Notes: generated by a model from the letters alone, not told the origin. DNA of 63,926 bases, filler included, from Lama guanicoe (GCA_013239625.1; 192 parts of 192 records of this genome joined end to end with filler, not necessarily neighbours in it); one strand, 5' to 3'; positions 37,882 through 51,338 are shown, numbered from the whole stretch's first letter. Made by a program: numbers and translations.

Positions 37882-39317
37882 NNNNNNNNNNNNNNNNNNN
37901 NNNNNNNNNNNNNNNNNNNNNNNNNTTAATTAATTAANNNNNNNNNNNNNNNNNNNNNNNNNNNNNNNNNNNNNNNNNNNNAAAATGGATTTTCTTGTTC
38001 TTTCAGAATTTGTATCTTATAGCATCTCTTGGGTATTGAAATAAATTTATTAATCTCCTAGTTATTTTTTGTTAAAAATTCTGCTTGTAAACACTCCTCC
38101 ATTACTATAGTCTTTTTCACAACAACTGCAAGTGAAAGTGAAATTTGAGCCCTGGCCCAGGTGAGATTGGCAGACTTACGGCATCAGTGCCTTTGTGAGC
38201 TCAACCCTTTGAAGANNNNNNNNNNNNNNNNNNNNNNNNNNNNNNNNNNNNNNNNNNNNTTAATTAATTAANNNNNNNNNNNNNNNNNNNNNNNNNNNNN
38301 NNNNNNNNNNNNNNNTGGTAGAAAAAGAGAAAAATGGTTAGAGAATAAGATGGAAAAGTCACTTTCAATGGCTCCCTCTGCATATTTATTTTGTCTTTTG
38401 TAAGTTGTTAATGATTTCTTTGTCCAGATTAAAATGTATAGTATATATGATGCAAGTTATATGCACTTACTTATACACATGAAATGAAATTATTTTCCAT
38501 CACCTTTTCCCATGCAATATTTAAATAAGAATCTCTGAGCCACGTTGAGNNNNNNNNNNNNNNNNNNNNNNNNNNNNNNNNNNNNNNNNNNNNTTAATTA
38601 ATTAANNNNNNNNNNNNNNNNNNNNNNNNNNNNNNNNNNNNNNNNNNNNCTGCATTTGAATTCAGCACATTGTGTAACAATCTGGATGGAGAAACTGGAA
38701 CTAAACTGGAGATCGTTCTTTACTTTGAGGAAAACAATAGGATGCGGTGGATAAGCTCTGGGTGTAGCACATGGTGCAAGCACTTCTGAAGTCACGTTCT
38801 CTACACCTCACCCCTACAACCTCAACACGGTACCAGACAGCCGGGAAAGGAGGCTACCTCGGGTCTCTCTAGTTGTTGCTGAANNNNNNNNNNNNNNNNN
38901 NNNNNNNNNNNNNNNNNNNNNNNNNNNTTAATTAATTAANNNNNNNNNNNNNNNNNNNNNNNNNNNNNNNNNNNNNNNNNNNNCAGGAGAAAGAAAGAGC
39001 TCTGGAAGGTCTCATATTGACAAATGATTTGTCTGAAAGTGACATACTCATTTCCAATCACAACTCTTTGGCTAGAATTGTTCACAAGGCTTAGTGACAG
39101 AGGGATCAGAAAGTGCCAGATGGCACAAAGCCAAAAATATCTAGTAAGCAGTATAAATGACTATCCCAAGTGCCTAGCTTAATGACACAGAAAAAGGTTA
39201 AAAAATGGTTTTTTTTTNNNNNNNNNNNNNNNNNNNNNNNNNNNNNNNNNNNNNNNNNNNNTTAATTAATTAANNNNNNNNNNNNNNNNNNNNNNNNNNN
39301 NNNNNNNNNNNNNNNNN

Positions 39318-39551
39318 ATCCAATCATCTGTGGATGGACATTTAGGTTGCTCCCATGTCTTGGCTATTGTAAGTAGTGCTGTTATGAATTGGGGTGCATG
39401 CATCTTTTTGAATTAGAATTCCCTCCATATGGTAAGTCTATTTTTAGTTTTCTGAGGAATCTCCATACTATTTTCCATAATGGCTGCCCCAAACTCTATT
39501 CCCACCAACACTGTAGGAGGTTTCCCTTTTCTCCCCACCCCCTCCAGAATT
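39318..39551 (-). mobile_element. LINE-1 3' fragment
   Basis: gatggacatttaggttg..catgtcttggctattgta..aggaatctccatact. Confidence 0.92.
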
Positions 39552-39985
39552 NNNNNNNNNNNNNNNNNNNNNNNNNNNNNNNNNNNNNNNNNNNNTTAAT
39601 TAATTAANNNNNNNNNNNNNNNNNNNNNNNNNNNNNNNNNNNNNNNNNNNNACAGAGCTTGGGATTTAGAAGGAAACATAACTCCAACATAAATTTATTA
39701 TTTGTTAAAAAAATTGATTATTACAACCTTATTGCAAAGAAAATATTTATGTGCAAGCGAATGTACTGGGAACCTAGAGGTAAACAAGACAAATGCAGCC
39801 TCCTTTGGGTTGTGTAAACATGAGCATGTCTTTCCATCTCTGAGCTCACTTTTCTCACGTGTAAAATTGAGATAATAATTACACANNNNNNNNNNNNNNN
39901 NNNNNNNNNNNNNNNNNNNNNNNNNNNNNTTAATTAATTAANNNNNNNNNNNNNNNNNNNNNNNNNNNNNNNNNNNNNNNNNNNN

Positions 39986-40218
39986 TCCTAATTTACCCCT
40001 CTTTTTCCCTGTGTTTTCTATGAACATTTCTATGTATATTTGTTTTCTTTCTCTGAGTCTGTTTTGTAAATGAGGTCATTTGTACTGTATTTTAGATCCC
40101 ACATATAAATGGCAGCATATGGTATCTGTCTCTAACTTACTTAGTATAACAATGTCTAGGTCCAACCACCTTGCTGCAAATGGCATTATTTCATTCTTTT
40201 TTATGGCTGAGTAGTATT
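39986..40218 (-). mobile_element. LINE-1 3' UTR fragment
   Basis: tttagatcccacatata..gctgcaaatggcattatttcattcttttttatggctgagtagtatt. Confidence 0.9.
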
Positions 40219-40986
40219 NNNNNNNNNNNNNNNNNNNNNNNNNNNNNNNNNNNNNNNNNNNNTTAATTAATTAANNNNNNNNNNNNNNNNNNNNNNNNNN
40301 NNNNNNNNNNNNNNNNNNGGCTGCCCCACAAGTCCCTCCTTGAGGACTCCCACACCCCCAGCTGCCATTCCTGCTGCTGTGGTGAGGAAACTGGAGGACA
40401 GGTCCCCTGGAGTGACCCAGAAGCAAGGAGCTGCAGGGGAAATAACAGACCCAAATGGCGTAGACGTTGCATGAAAACAGCTTGCTGCTGGAGCCCCAGG
40501 GCATGCCTCCACCCTGGACTGCCCTGGCAGCACCCTGCGGTAGTCAGGCCTGNNNNNNNNNNNNNNNNNNNNNNNNNNNNNNNNNNNNNNNNNNNNTTAA
40601 TTAATTAANNNNNNNNNNNNNNNNNNNNNNNNNNNNNNNNNNNNNNNNNNNNGTCATTCAGTGTCTTCTACATACCAGTCATTCAAATATTTACTGAATG
40701 AATACAGAAAATGTATCACTGTTTATAAACTGTGGTGCTATTCTTTATTCAACTCGACCATTTCAGGGCTGTGCCTCCCAGGTGGGAAACCCTGAGTACC
40801 AAAACACATTCTGTGACATTAGGGTTCTTACAGGAAGCCACTTTGTCCTGTTCTCAAACCCTTCTTTCTGTTGCCTTTTTTTTTTTNNNNNNNNNNNNNN
40901 NNNNNNNNNNNNNNNNNNNNNNNNNNNNNNTTAATTAATTAANNNNNNNNNNNNNNNNNNNNNNNNNNNNNNNNNNNNNNNNNNNN

Positions 40987-41220
40987 TTGTTCCAAAACAT
41001 CTCCCCAAGGAGCCATGAGGCCACCACCTTTTCCCACACACCAGCACAAGGACAGCTTTCTGGACAAGACTGGCAGCTAGATTTTACCGACAAATTTAAT
41101 TATCCTCTGACCTTAGCTGACTCCTTTACTGGGTGGACTGAGGACTTTGCATTAGCATCAACAAAGGCCCAAGCAGTTTCTTCAGTTTTGCTACAACACG
41201 TCATCCCCCTATTCAGACCC
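40987..41220 (+). mobile_element. Class I (gamma-like/ERV1) endogenous retrovirus integrase fragment, decayed
   Basis: GQDWQLDFT..YPLTLADSFTGWTEDF..KAQAVSSVLLQHVIPLF matches the integrase core WQxDFT/DTFSGW/IIPRFG. Confidence 0.88.
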
Positions 41221-42330
41221 NNNNNNNNNNNNNNNNNNNNNNNNNNNNNNNNNNNNNNNNNNNNTTAATTAATTAANNNNNNNNNNNNNNNNNNNNNNNN
41301 NNNNNNNNNNNNNNNNNNNNCTGGATACATGCCCAGGAGTGGGATTACTGGGTCACATGGTAAGCCTATGCATTCCTTTACTCTTGATCCTGTGGATCCT
41401 CTGAGCAGCAGTTTTTGTTTTTCCCTCCCCTCCTCTTTAATGGTTTCCATGTGGCATTGGTTGCCATTGAGAAGGGGAGAGAGGTGTCAAAGCTGTCTTT
41501 TGTTTTTTTCCTCTTTTTTTGGTGGGGAGGGGTTGTGGTAATCAAGTTTATTATNNNNNNNNNNNNNNNNNNNNNNNNNNNNNNNNNNNNNNNNNNNNTT
41601 AATTAATTAANNNNNNNNNNNNNNNNNNNNNNNNNNNNNNNNNNNNNNNNNNNNTTTGTGTGGAAACCCTTAACTGTATGATCTGTGGCTTTAAAAGAAA
41701 GATATAAGCACCTTGCAATGATGTGACCTTCCTGGATGAAATGATTTTCCTGTGGGCTTTAACACGCTGTTTTTGATGGTGGACTTTAACAAGTTCTTTT
41801 TGACTATGTAACTCTCATAAATCCAAAACATTGATTGAAATACCTGCCACTTTCCCTCCTCTCATTTTTCCCTATGGGGCCTTTTTGGNNNNNNNNNNNN
41901 NNNNNNNNNNNNNNNNNNNNNNNNNNNNNNNNTTAATTAATTAANNNNNNNNNNNNNNNNNNNNNNNNNNNNNNNNNNNNNNNNNNNNCTCTGCCCTGGA
42001 AATTGACACAACATTGTAAACTGACTATAAGTCAATTTAAAAAAAGTATTTTGCAAGCATATGCAAACTCACTGCCTAGAAGAGTCCCTGCCTATTGGTT
42101 CCTGTGAATAAGTAGCAAACGTGTAGTTAATGCCAGCCATAACGCTGAACCTCTTGGTTAGACTAATTAGCTCTCGATCTCCAATTTCAAATATGTTTAT
42201 ACTCTAACTCTGCCTCAAACTNNNNNNNNNNNNNNNNNNNNNNNNNNNNNNNNNNNNNNNNNNNNTTAATTAATTAANNNNNNNNNNNNNNNNNNNNNNN
42301 NNNNNNNNNNNNNNNNNNNNNGTTTCTTAC

Positions 42331-42461
42331 ATGAGGCACAGTGCGAATCATCATGAGCGCCAGACAGATTTCATGTGGACTTAGTTGATCCACAGATTTA
42401 ATTTTCAATAATTTAAACAGTGATAGAAACAGCTTCATGGTTAATTGATAGATACAAGGCA
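42331..42461 (-). CDS. Candidate complete 131-nt coding exon, gene not recognised
   Basis: aaaatag|TG..CAT|gtaaga; only one open frame, PCIYQLTMKLFLSLFKLLKIKSVDQLSPHEICLALMMIRTVPH. Confidence 0.45.
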
Positions 42462-43412
42462 CTATTTTAAAAGTAATCTTTATCTTCCTCATTGCAAATG
42501 TTGAACGTGTTTATGGCAGGAATTTTGGAAAGGAGACAGAGCATATAAAAGAAGANNNNNNNNNNNNNNNNNNNNNNNNNNNNNNNNNNNNNNNNNNNNT
42601 TAATTAATTAANNNNNNNNNNNNNNNNNNNNNNNNNNNNNNNNNNNNNNNNNNNNGGAAGCCATGGCCATGGAAGAGGGGCTGCCCAACAGGAACCACAA
42701 CCAGCAGCCGAGGACACCACCACCGCCGAGCCACAGCCTGGCAGAGACGAGGGGAGGGGTAGAAATACCTCACTGGCCTTCAGTCTCCAGCAGGCCCCTC
42801 CCACCGGCTGAACCCCACCGCAGCCAGAGGGGAAAGGAGCTGGGGAAGGCTTTCTGTAAAGGTCGCTTCCTGAGGCCCAGAGAGCAGAGNNNNNNNNNNN
42901 NNNNNNNNNNNNNNNNNNNNNNNNNNNNNNNNNTTAATTAATTAANNNNNNNNNNNNNNNNNNNNNNNNNNNNNNNNNNNNNNNNNNNNAGCTCCCCATG
43001 GGCCTGAACGTAGAGTCCAGCTGAACCGGTATCTTTGCTTGGCTCCTCCTCCCATCCTCCCCCTCTTCCCTGTCCCCCAACAGGTTTCCTAGAGGAACGC
43101 TACCTCCGGGAATTGCTTGCCTGAAAGATCTAGGTAGACTTGATTCCAGTGTTGAAATTTCTGAGTACCTTTGTTTTAAAAACGATTGGGCCTTATTTAG
43201 TTATGAATTACTGAGATAATCACNNNNNNNNNNNNNNNNNNNNNNNNNNNNNNNNNNNNNNNNNNNNTTAATTAATTAANNNNNNNNNNNNNNNNNNNNN
43301 NNNNNNNNNNNNNNNNNNNNNNNTGATGGATGGAGACAGGACTAGATGTGATTCTCACCACCAACATGGAGATTCATTTGCCTTCTTTTTGGATTTCCCT
43401 CCTTTATTAAAG

Positions 43413-43539
43413 GACCTTGTGGATTATTTACGGGTTCACTCGCACAGTGCTGCATATGCTACATCCATGAGCCCCCCAGTAGCTGAGCAGATCATCAGGT
43501 CAATGAAGTTCATCATGGGACTGGATGGGACCACGCAAG
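43413..43539 (+). CDS. SPTLC3: Serine palmitoyltransferase long chain subunit 3 exon (complete, 127 nt)
   Basis: Acceptor ccctcctttattaaag|, donor aag|gtaaga. [43 protein letters not shown] fits SPTLC3 better than SPTLC2. Confidence 0.9.
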
Positions 43540-45009
43540 GTAAGAGGGTCTGCAGTGNNNNNNNNNNNNNNNNNNNNNNNNNNNNNNNNNNNNNNNNNNN
43601 NTTAATTAATTAANNNNNNNNNNNNNNNNNNNNNNNNNNNNNNNNNNNNNNNNNNNNTTGTCTTTTGACTTAAATCATGGAATGGATGGTAATAAAATAA
43701 CCAAGCATCAATGGTAAGTGGGCTTTGAATTCGCACAAAAGATTCTTTCTCTAGAGAGAGGAAAAGTAGTGGACGTACATTTGAATGTATTAAATTTATT
43801 ATTTTGTTTAAAGAGATTCTGACAAGAAAAAGGACATTGGTCTTAGAATTCTGGAAAAGTTCTTCATTTTTTGTCTTTGCTTTGTATTTTCNNNNNNNNN
43901 NNNNNNNNNNNNNNNNNNNNNNNNNNNNNNNNNNNTTAATTAATTAANNNNNNNNNNNNNNNNNNNNNNNNNNNNNNNNNNNNNNNNNNNNCCCCCCTAC
44001 TTCCCTCCCCACATGGCCTAAGCCTGGGCCCAGGAACAAGGTTAGCAGGGGCACCCTCCAGTGTGCACAGAGCTCAAGCCCGAGAAGCAGTGATCTGAGG
44101 AGAAAGAAGGAGCCATCAGTCTTTGAGAAGGCTCAGCATGGGAGGAGTTCTGGAACCTACCTTTCACTGATGCAAGGGCATAATATAAAAGGTCTTGATA
44201 TTATGAATTTTCAGAAAACCGTTCCNNNNNNNNNNNNNNNNNNNNNNNNNNNNNNNNNNNNNNNNNNNNTTAATTAATTAANNNNNNNNNNNNNNNNNNN
44301 NNNNNNNNNNNNNNNNNNNNNNNNNTGAAAAATTTTATCGCTGTTTGGTGCCCAGAGTAACAGGAATTGGATGGATGGCCATCATGTTGCTAAGTAATGG
44401 GAGCCTCCAGGGTTCCCACTACAATGCCTCATCTCCTCCAACCCCGGGTAAACTCTGCCTCTTGTGTGGCCTACAGTGCGTTCCATCTCTCGAGCACCTG
44501 AGCCCCAAGAACTGAGGCTCTTACACTCTTCTTATAACATGCCATGAGTTCCTTTTGTGNNNNNNNNNNNNNNNNNNNNNNNNNNNNNNNNNNNNNNNNN
44601 NNNTTAATTAATTAANNNNNNNNNNNNNNNNNNNNNNNNNNNNNNNNNNNNNNNNNNNNTCTGCTTGAGCAGAGAAGTTCAGAGAAGCTGCTACTGTCCC
44701 CAGAGAACGGGCCACACTCACACCCGACCAGACCCTAAGTCTCATGGAGAGATGCGGTGCACGGGGCACCCCCTCACAGCTGCAGCCGAGGTCCAGCCCC
44801 GGGGCACAGGCCGTGCTGAGGACCCAGGTGAGAACGCTCGTTTAAAAATAAAAGGCCACACCTGGACACAAAAGCTGTCAATTCCTGGCCGTANNNNNNN
44901 NNNNNNNNNNNNNNNNNNNNNNNNNNNNNNNNNNNNNTTAATTAATTAANNNNNNNNNNNNNNNNNNNNNNNNNNNNNNNNNNNNNNNNNNNNTTTTTTT
45001 AAAAAAATT

Positions 45010-45227
45010 CATCCTTACTGATTATTTATGTTAATTTTGTATCCTGTAACTTTACTGAATTCATTGATTGGTGCTAACAGTTTTTCAGTTGAGTCTTTAG
45101 AATTTTCTATGTACAAAATAACGTTTTCTGCAAACAGAGAAAGTGTTACTTCTTCCTTTTGAATTCTGATGCCTCTTGTTTCTTTTTCATGCCTGATTGC
45201 TCTAGCTAGGGCTTCCAGCACTGTGCT
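45010..45227 (-). mobile_element. LINE-1 ORF2 RT fragment
   Basis: [40 protein letters not shown]. Confidence 0.93.
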
Positions 45228-47667
45228 NNNNNNNNNNNNNNNNNNNNNNNNNNNNNNNNNNNNNNNNNNNNTTAATTAATTAANNNNNNNNNNNNNNNNN
45301 NNNNNNNNNNNNNNNNNNNNNNNNNNNGGAATAGGGATCAAAGGGAACACACCGTAAACAGCGGAGGGTTTTCGACTATTGGTGATAATGCCCAGGGAGC
45401 TGACCAGTTTGGTATATAGTTTACCCATCCTCCTGTACCAGAGACTCACGAGAAGGGATGGGGCTGTATTTTAAAGTATCAGTTAACACATCCCCCCCCC
45501 GCCCCAAAAGGTCATTAAGATGAAAGTAAACAGACAAAAATTACTTCCCCTGTAGATAGACNNNNNNNNNNNNNNNNNNNNNNNNNNNNNNNNNNNNNNN
45601 NNNNNTTAATTAATTAANNNNNNNNNNNNNNNNNNNNNNNNNNNNNNNNNNNNNNNNNNNNAAAATTAAAAAAGAAACACAAGAAATTCGTAAAAGTATT
45701 CAGAAGAATAGAATATAAGACTTGTAAACTAAGCAGAGCATATTGTTTGAAGCTATTTATTTTTGCTACTTCTGGCAATATTAAATTGGCTATAAAGTAA
45801 TAAGAATGTGAAGGACAACAGGAGAGGATAAGGCAAGCTGAGTGACATAAACAAACTCTTGGAGGACAGAAAGTGGATGGATAGGTATTTAGAGANNNNN
45901 NNNNNNNNNNNNNNNNNNNNNNNNNNNNNNNNNNNNNNNTTAATTAATTAANNNNNNNNNNNNNNNNNNNNNNNNNNNNNNNNNNNNNNNNNNNNTAAAA
46001 CTTCTAAAAGACAACAAAGAAAATCTTCATGACACTGAGTTAAGCAATATTTTCTTTGACAGAAAACAAAAAGAATGAACGATTAAAAATAAATTGGACT
46101 TCAACAAAAGAAAACTTCAAGAAGACACAAGAAAATGAAAGGACAATCTGCAGATCTGTGGGGAGAGGGAGAGAGGGAGGCAGGCAGGCACCGCCTGAGT
46201 CTGGTCATAAGAAATGATTAAAAAAAAAANNNNNNNNNNNNNNNNNNNNNNNNNNNNNNNNNNNNNNNNNNNNTTAATTAATTAANNNNNNNNNNNNNNN
46301 NNNNNNNNNNNNNNNNNNNNNNNNNNNNNGCTTTAGTACCAGCTGGCTATGCTAGTCTTGCAAATTCTCAGTAGAATCATGGATTGTAACAATACACACC
46401 AGAATGCATTATACATGCTTGTACGCATAATATAAACAAGGAGTATTAGAGCTGGAAGGGATGGACCAGATCATCCTAGTCCATCTCCTTCATTTTGCAT
46501 ATAAATACATTTGCGTGTCAATGAGCCTAGCCCACTGGGTCATGCAGCTGTTACAGGAAGGGCNNNNNNNNNNNNNNNNNNNNNNNNNNNNNNNNNNNNN
46601 NNNNNNNTTAATTAATTAANNNNNNNNNNNNNNNNNNNNNNNNNNNNNNNNNNNNNNNNNNNNGTATTTCACAGTCAACAAATATATTTACACTAAGGTA
46701 AAAAACAAATACATGACCTGAATGTAGAAGATTGTTTTGATTTGTAAACAAACACACACATTTGCATAGGAAATCCATGAAGGAAAATGTATCAACATTT
46801 TTTTCATGCATAAACACAAGTAACCTTTATTTTCTTCCCTTTCACTTCCCAAATTTTCTCAAATTAGTATGTATTATTTTAATTATCAAGGAAAACANNN
46901 NNNNNNNNNNNNNNNNNNNNNNNNNNNNNNNNNNNNNNNNNTTAATTAATTAANNNNNNNNNNNNNNNNNNNNNNNNNNNNNNNNNNNNNNNNNNNNTAA
47001 TGTAACAAGTTAAAGTAACTGTCTTGAGGAGTTTAATTTCCATCCTGTTTTAAAAATAAACACATTTAGGCTGTTCATCTACACTGAAAAGCTATTTTCT
47101 AATACATAAGTGAAGATGCAGGATTAATGCTCCCCACTTCATGTCCCCACTGGGAAGACAGGAGGTAATGATTTATTTTGCTTAAAAAAAGAGAATAAAA
47201 CCCAAGAGATTATAGCCTCCATATTTCAAGGNNNNNNNNNNNNNNNNNNNNNNNNNNNNNNNNNNNNNNNNNNNNTTAATTAATTAANNNNNNNNNNNNN
47301 NNNNNNNNNNNNNNNNNNNNNNNNNNNNNNNAGAGGACAACATCATTGCACTCCAACTGAAATATTAGGTAAATAAGATTACCAGGTGCAAATTTAAAAA
47401 TGACAACAACAATCACAATCACATACAACCACTACAGTTAGTACCTATAGCCTAAGCTTAAATTAAAAAAAAAAAATCAGATTTACCTAATACAAATATT
47501 CCTACTTAGACGTAACCTACCCATTTTTTTCTACACAGGATCTATGAAATTCTGCTTGATTTGAGNNNNNNNNNNNNNNNNNNNNNNNNNNNNNNNNNNN
47601 NNNNNNNNNTTAATTAATTAANNNNNNNNNNNNNNNNNNNNNNNNNNNNNNNNNNNNNNNNNNNNAC

Positions 47668-47732
47668 CTGGATTTCCTCCTTTCTTTCTGAGTCTTTGTT
47701 TGGCATTAACTTTCTTACTTGTCATGAAATTT
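47668..47732 (-). CDS. Candidate 65-nt exon, gene not recognised
   Basis: cttttgtcttgcag|..ccag|gt; frame NFMTSKKVNAKQRLRKKGGNP. Confidence 0.4.
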
Positions 47733-48699
47733 CTGCAAGACAAAAGCCTCGGCACTCTTTTCTCAGTCTCTCTTAGCAACTTAAGTGATGCCAAGAACAT
47801 TGAAAGCTTCAATTACAGCCTATCTACTAATGGATTACAACATTTTTGTAAAAAGCCTGACATTTAATAAGGGTTTTAGACCTATATTTAATGATCTCCN
47901 NNNNNNNNNNNNNNNNNNNNNNNNNNNNNNNNNNNNNNNNNNNTTAATTAATTAANNNNNNNNNNNNNNNNNNNNNNNNNNNNNNNNNNNNNNNNNNNNC
48001 CTGCACCAGCTGCCAAGTCCAGGAAGCGGGATCTGTGTGCAGGCCAGGGGTCTGATGACAAGCTGCCCCAGCCCAAGCCTGACCTCGGCACCTCTGGGAG
48101 GCCAGCCTTGTCTCCGGGGCTGGTGCGCCCCTCACAACCAAAAAAGAGGAGGTGTGACCCATTTGTCGCAGGGAGTGTGAGGAGGAGGAGGAGGAGGAGG
48201 AAGAGGCACTGCAACAAATAATAAGCCTCCAGTNNNNNNNNNNNNNNNNNNNNNNNNNNNNNNNNNNNNNNNNNNNNTTAATTAATTAANNNNNNNNNNN
48301 NNNNNNNNNNNNNNNNNNNNNNNNNNNNNNNNNAAGTTAATATATTTAAGCAGAATTCCACATTAAGGAAAGAATTATAACATTTGGCAATATGAACAAA
48401 TGACATGCATGATTTCATATGGCACAACAAACTTAAAAAACTACACTGCTCATTTAACATGTTCTTTAACATTGGTTGCTCAAAGAATGCATTACAATTT
48501 CAACTTGGATTAGCAAAAGTAAAACTCTAGGGATGTTTAATATAAAACTATGACAGTCTCACACACANNNNNNNNNNNNNNNNNNNNNNNNNNNNNNNNN
48601 NNNNNNNNNNNTTAATTAATTAANNNNNNNNNNNNNNNNNNNNNNNNNNNNNNNNNNNNNNNNNNNNGAGTTAGGTTGAAAAAAGTACTTTAAATTTTT

Positions 48700-48775
48700 A
48701 AAAAATTTTTATTGAAATATAATTGACTTACAATGTTGTTAGTTTCTGGTGTAGAGCAAAGTGATTCAGTCATAG

Positions 48776-48817
<42 letters not shown>

Positions 48818-48901
48818 GTATTTTCAGATTCTTTTCTATTATAGGTTATTGTAAGATATTGAATATAGTTCCCTGAGCTAAACAGTAGGCCCTTGCTGTT
48901 T
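48700..48901 (-). mobile_element. LINE-1 3' terminus with (TA)n
   Basis: tttttattgaaatataattgacttacaatgttg..gtgattcagt..aagatattgaatatagttccctg. Confidence 0.9.
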
Positions 48902-49001
48902 NNNNNNNNNNNNNNNNNNNNNNNNNNNNNNNNNNNNNNNNNNNNTTAATTAATTAANNNNNNNNNNNNNNNNNNNNNNNNNNNNNNNNNNNNNNNNNNN
49001 N

Positions 49002-49235
49002 AATCAAAAGAAAATGAGTGACTGAATGGATACAACAAGAAGCTACAACTGCATGCTATGTAAAATTTAGCCTTAAGAACACCCAAAGGTTGAATGTAAA
49101 GGGATAGAGAAAGATATTCCATGCAAACGGTAACCAAAAGAGAGCAAGTGTGCCTATACTTACAGGAGACAAAGTAGACTTTAAAAGTTTAAAAATGCTA
49201 CATGAGTTAAAGAAGATAATTATATAAAGATTGAA
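49002..49235 (+). mobile_element. LINE-1 ORF2 endonuclease-domain fragment
   Basis: EWIQQ..KG*RKIFHANGNQKRASVPIL..DKVDFK. Confidence 0.88.
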
Positions 49236-50003
49236 NNNNNNNNNNNNNNNNNNNNNNNNNNNNNNNNNNNNNNNNNNNNTTAATTAATTAANNNNNNNNN
49301 NNNNNNNNNNNNNNNNNNNNNNNNNNNNNNNNNNNTGGGAGGTAATTAGGGTCAGATGAGGTGATGAGGGTGGAGCCCCAGTGTCCATGTAAGAGTCTCT
49401 TTGACAACTTCAACCTTAAGATCCTCAGGTTTGAGCCCAGCATCTTATATTCCCACTGATATGATATCTAGAGGAAGAGAGAGAGGCCCCATTTCCCACA
49501 GTCCCTGAGGGGGGCCTTTCTGACTGAGGCAGACCTGACCTGGGTCTTGGGGCTTTTCCTGAGCCAGTCNNNNNNNNNNNNNNNNNNNNNNNNNNNNNNN
49601 NNNNNNNNNNNNNTTAATTAATTAANNNNNNNNNNNNNNNNNNNNNNNNNNNNNNNNNNNNNNNNNNNNAAAAACTACAATTTTAGAGCTTTTACAGGCT
49701 GTCATTGTTATGGTGGATGCTGGTCAATGCAATTTTCTGCTTTCTAATCAGAAGGAGCAGTCTAATATAAATTTGTCCCAAAATTACATTTTTAGATTAT
49801 TTTATAGCTTTCTCTTAGCTCACCTACTTTTTTTATTTTACCCTTTGCTTGTTATAATCTCAGCCTACTCTTAACTAATTGCTTCCTACTTTTATTTCAA
49901 AGCNNNNNNNNNNNNNNNNNNNNNNNNNNNNNNNNNNNNNNNNNNNNTTAATTAATTAANNNNNNNNNNNNNNNNNNNNNNNNNNNNNNNNNNNNNNNNN
50001 NNN

Positions 50004-50237
50004 GGGGAAACGACTCAAACATTCATCAACAAATGAATGGACAAACAGAATATGGTACATACATGCAATAGAACAATATTCAGCTTTGAAAAGGAGTTAG
50101 ATTCTGAGAACATGCTATAACTTGGATGAACCAGAAGATATACACTAAGAGTGAATAAGACAGACACAAAAGAACAAATATTCAATCAAAGTGTGATGCA
50201 AGAGGTACTTAGAATAGCGAAAGTCGTAAAAAGTAGA
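50004..50237 (+). mobile_element. Old L1M 3' fragment
   Basis: catcaacaaatgaatggacaaacagaatatggtacatacatgcaatagaa..catgctataacttggatgaacc. Confidence 0.8.
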
Positions 50238-51005
50238 NNNNNNNNNNNNNNNNNNNNNNNNNNNNNNNNNNNNNNNNNNNNTTAATTAATTAANNNNNNN
50301 NNNNNNNNNNNNNNNNNNNNNNNNNNNNNNNNNNNNNTGATTTACTGCTTAGTTGCTCTTTTTAGTACTTTCAGTATTATGTTAATTAGAGGTGACAAAA
50401 GTGGACAATCTTGCCTTGTTATTGATCTTAGCGGAAACTATTTCAGTCTTTCACCATTGAATAAAATGTTAGTTGTGAGTTAAATTTTTAACTGTGACAT
50501 CAGTTTTACATCACTTTCATATGTTATCCAAGTAAAGCAAGAACATGATCTCAACAATCCATAAGAAAAAANNNNNNNNNNNNNNNNNNNNNNNNNNNNN
50601 NNNNNNNNNNNNNNNTTAATTAATTAANNNNNNNNNNNNNNNNNNNNNNNNNNNNNNNNNNNNNNNNNNNNATCCCAAAAGAGCCCCCCAGAAGAAACGT
50701 TTTCATCAAACATCCCAGCCCCACCTCTGGAGACTCCTCCTCTACCCACGTAGACTTCTAGTCAGTTCCTCCCACTCTCCCTCCTCCTGTTAATGGTACC
50801 CCAGTCAGTGCTTTATATTATAAAGGCCCTCTGGCCTCTTGCGTTTATGATTCAGGCACAATTTCTCCACCATTTCTCAATCTAATGGGTGCTTTCCATT
50901 TTCACNNNNNNNNNNNNNNNNNNNNNNNNNNNNNNNNNNNNNNNNNNNNTTAATTAATTAANNNNNNNNNNNNNNNNNNNNNNNNNNNNNNNNNNNNNNN
51001 NNNNN

Positions 51006-51238
51006 AGGTTGTTGTTTTGTTTTGCTTATGGTTTCCTTTGCTGTGCAAAAGTTTATAAGATTAATTAGATCCAATTTGTTAATGTTTGCTTTTATTTCTA
51101 TTGCCTGGGTAGACTGCTCTAGGAGAACTTTGCTGAGATTTATGTTAGATAATGTTCTGCCTGTGTTCTCTTCTAAGAGGTTTATAGTATCTTGCCTTAT
51201 GTTTAAGTCTTTAAGCCATTTTGAGTTTATTTTTGTGT
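51006..51238 (-). mobile_element. LINE-1 ORF2 fragment
   Basis: tttcctttgctgtgcaaaag..ttaattagatcc..tctttaagccattttgagtttatttttgtg. Confidence 0.93.
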
Positions 51239-51338
51239 NNNNNNNNNNNNNNNNNNNNNNNNNNNNNNNNNNNNNNNNNNNNTTAATTAATTAANNNNNN
51301 NNNNNNNNNNNNNNNNNNNNNNNNNNNNNNNNNNNNNN

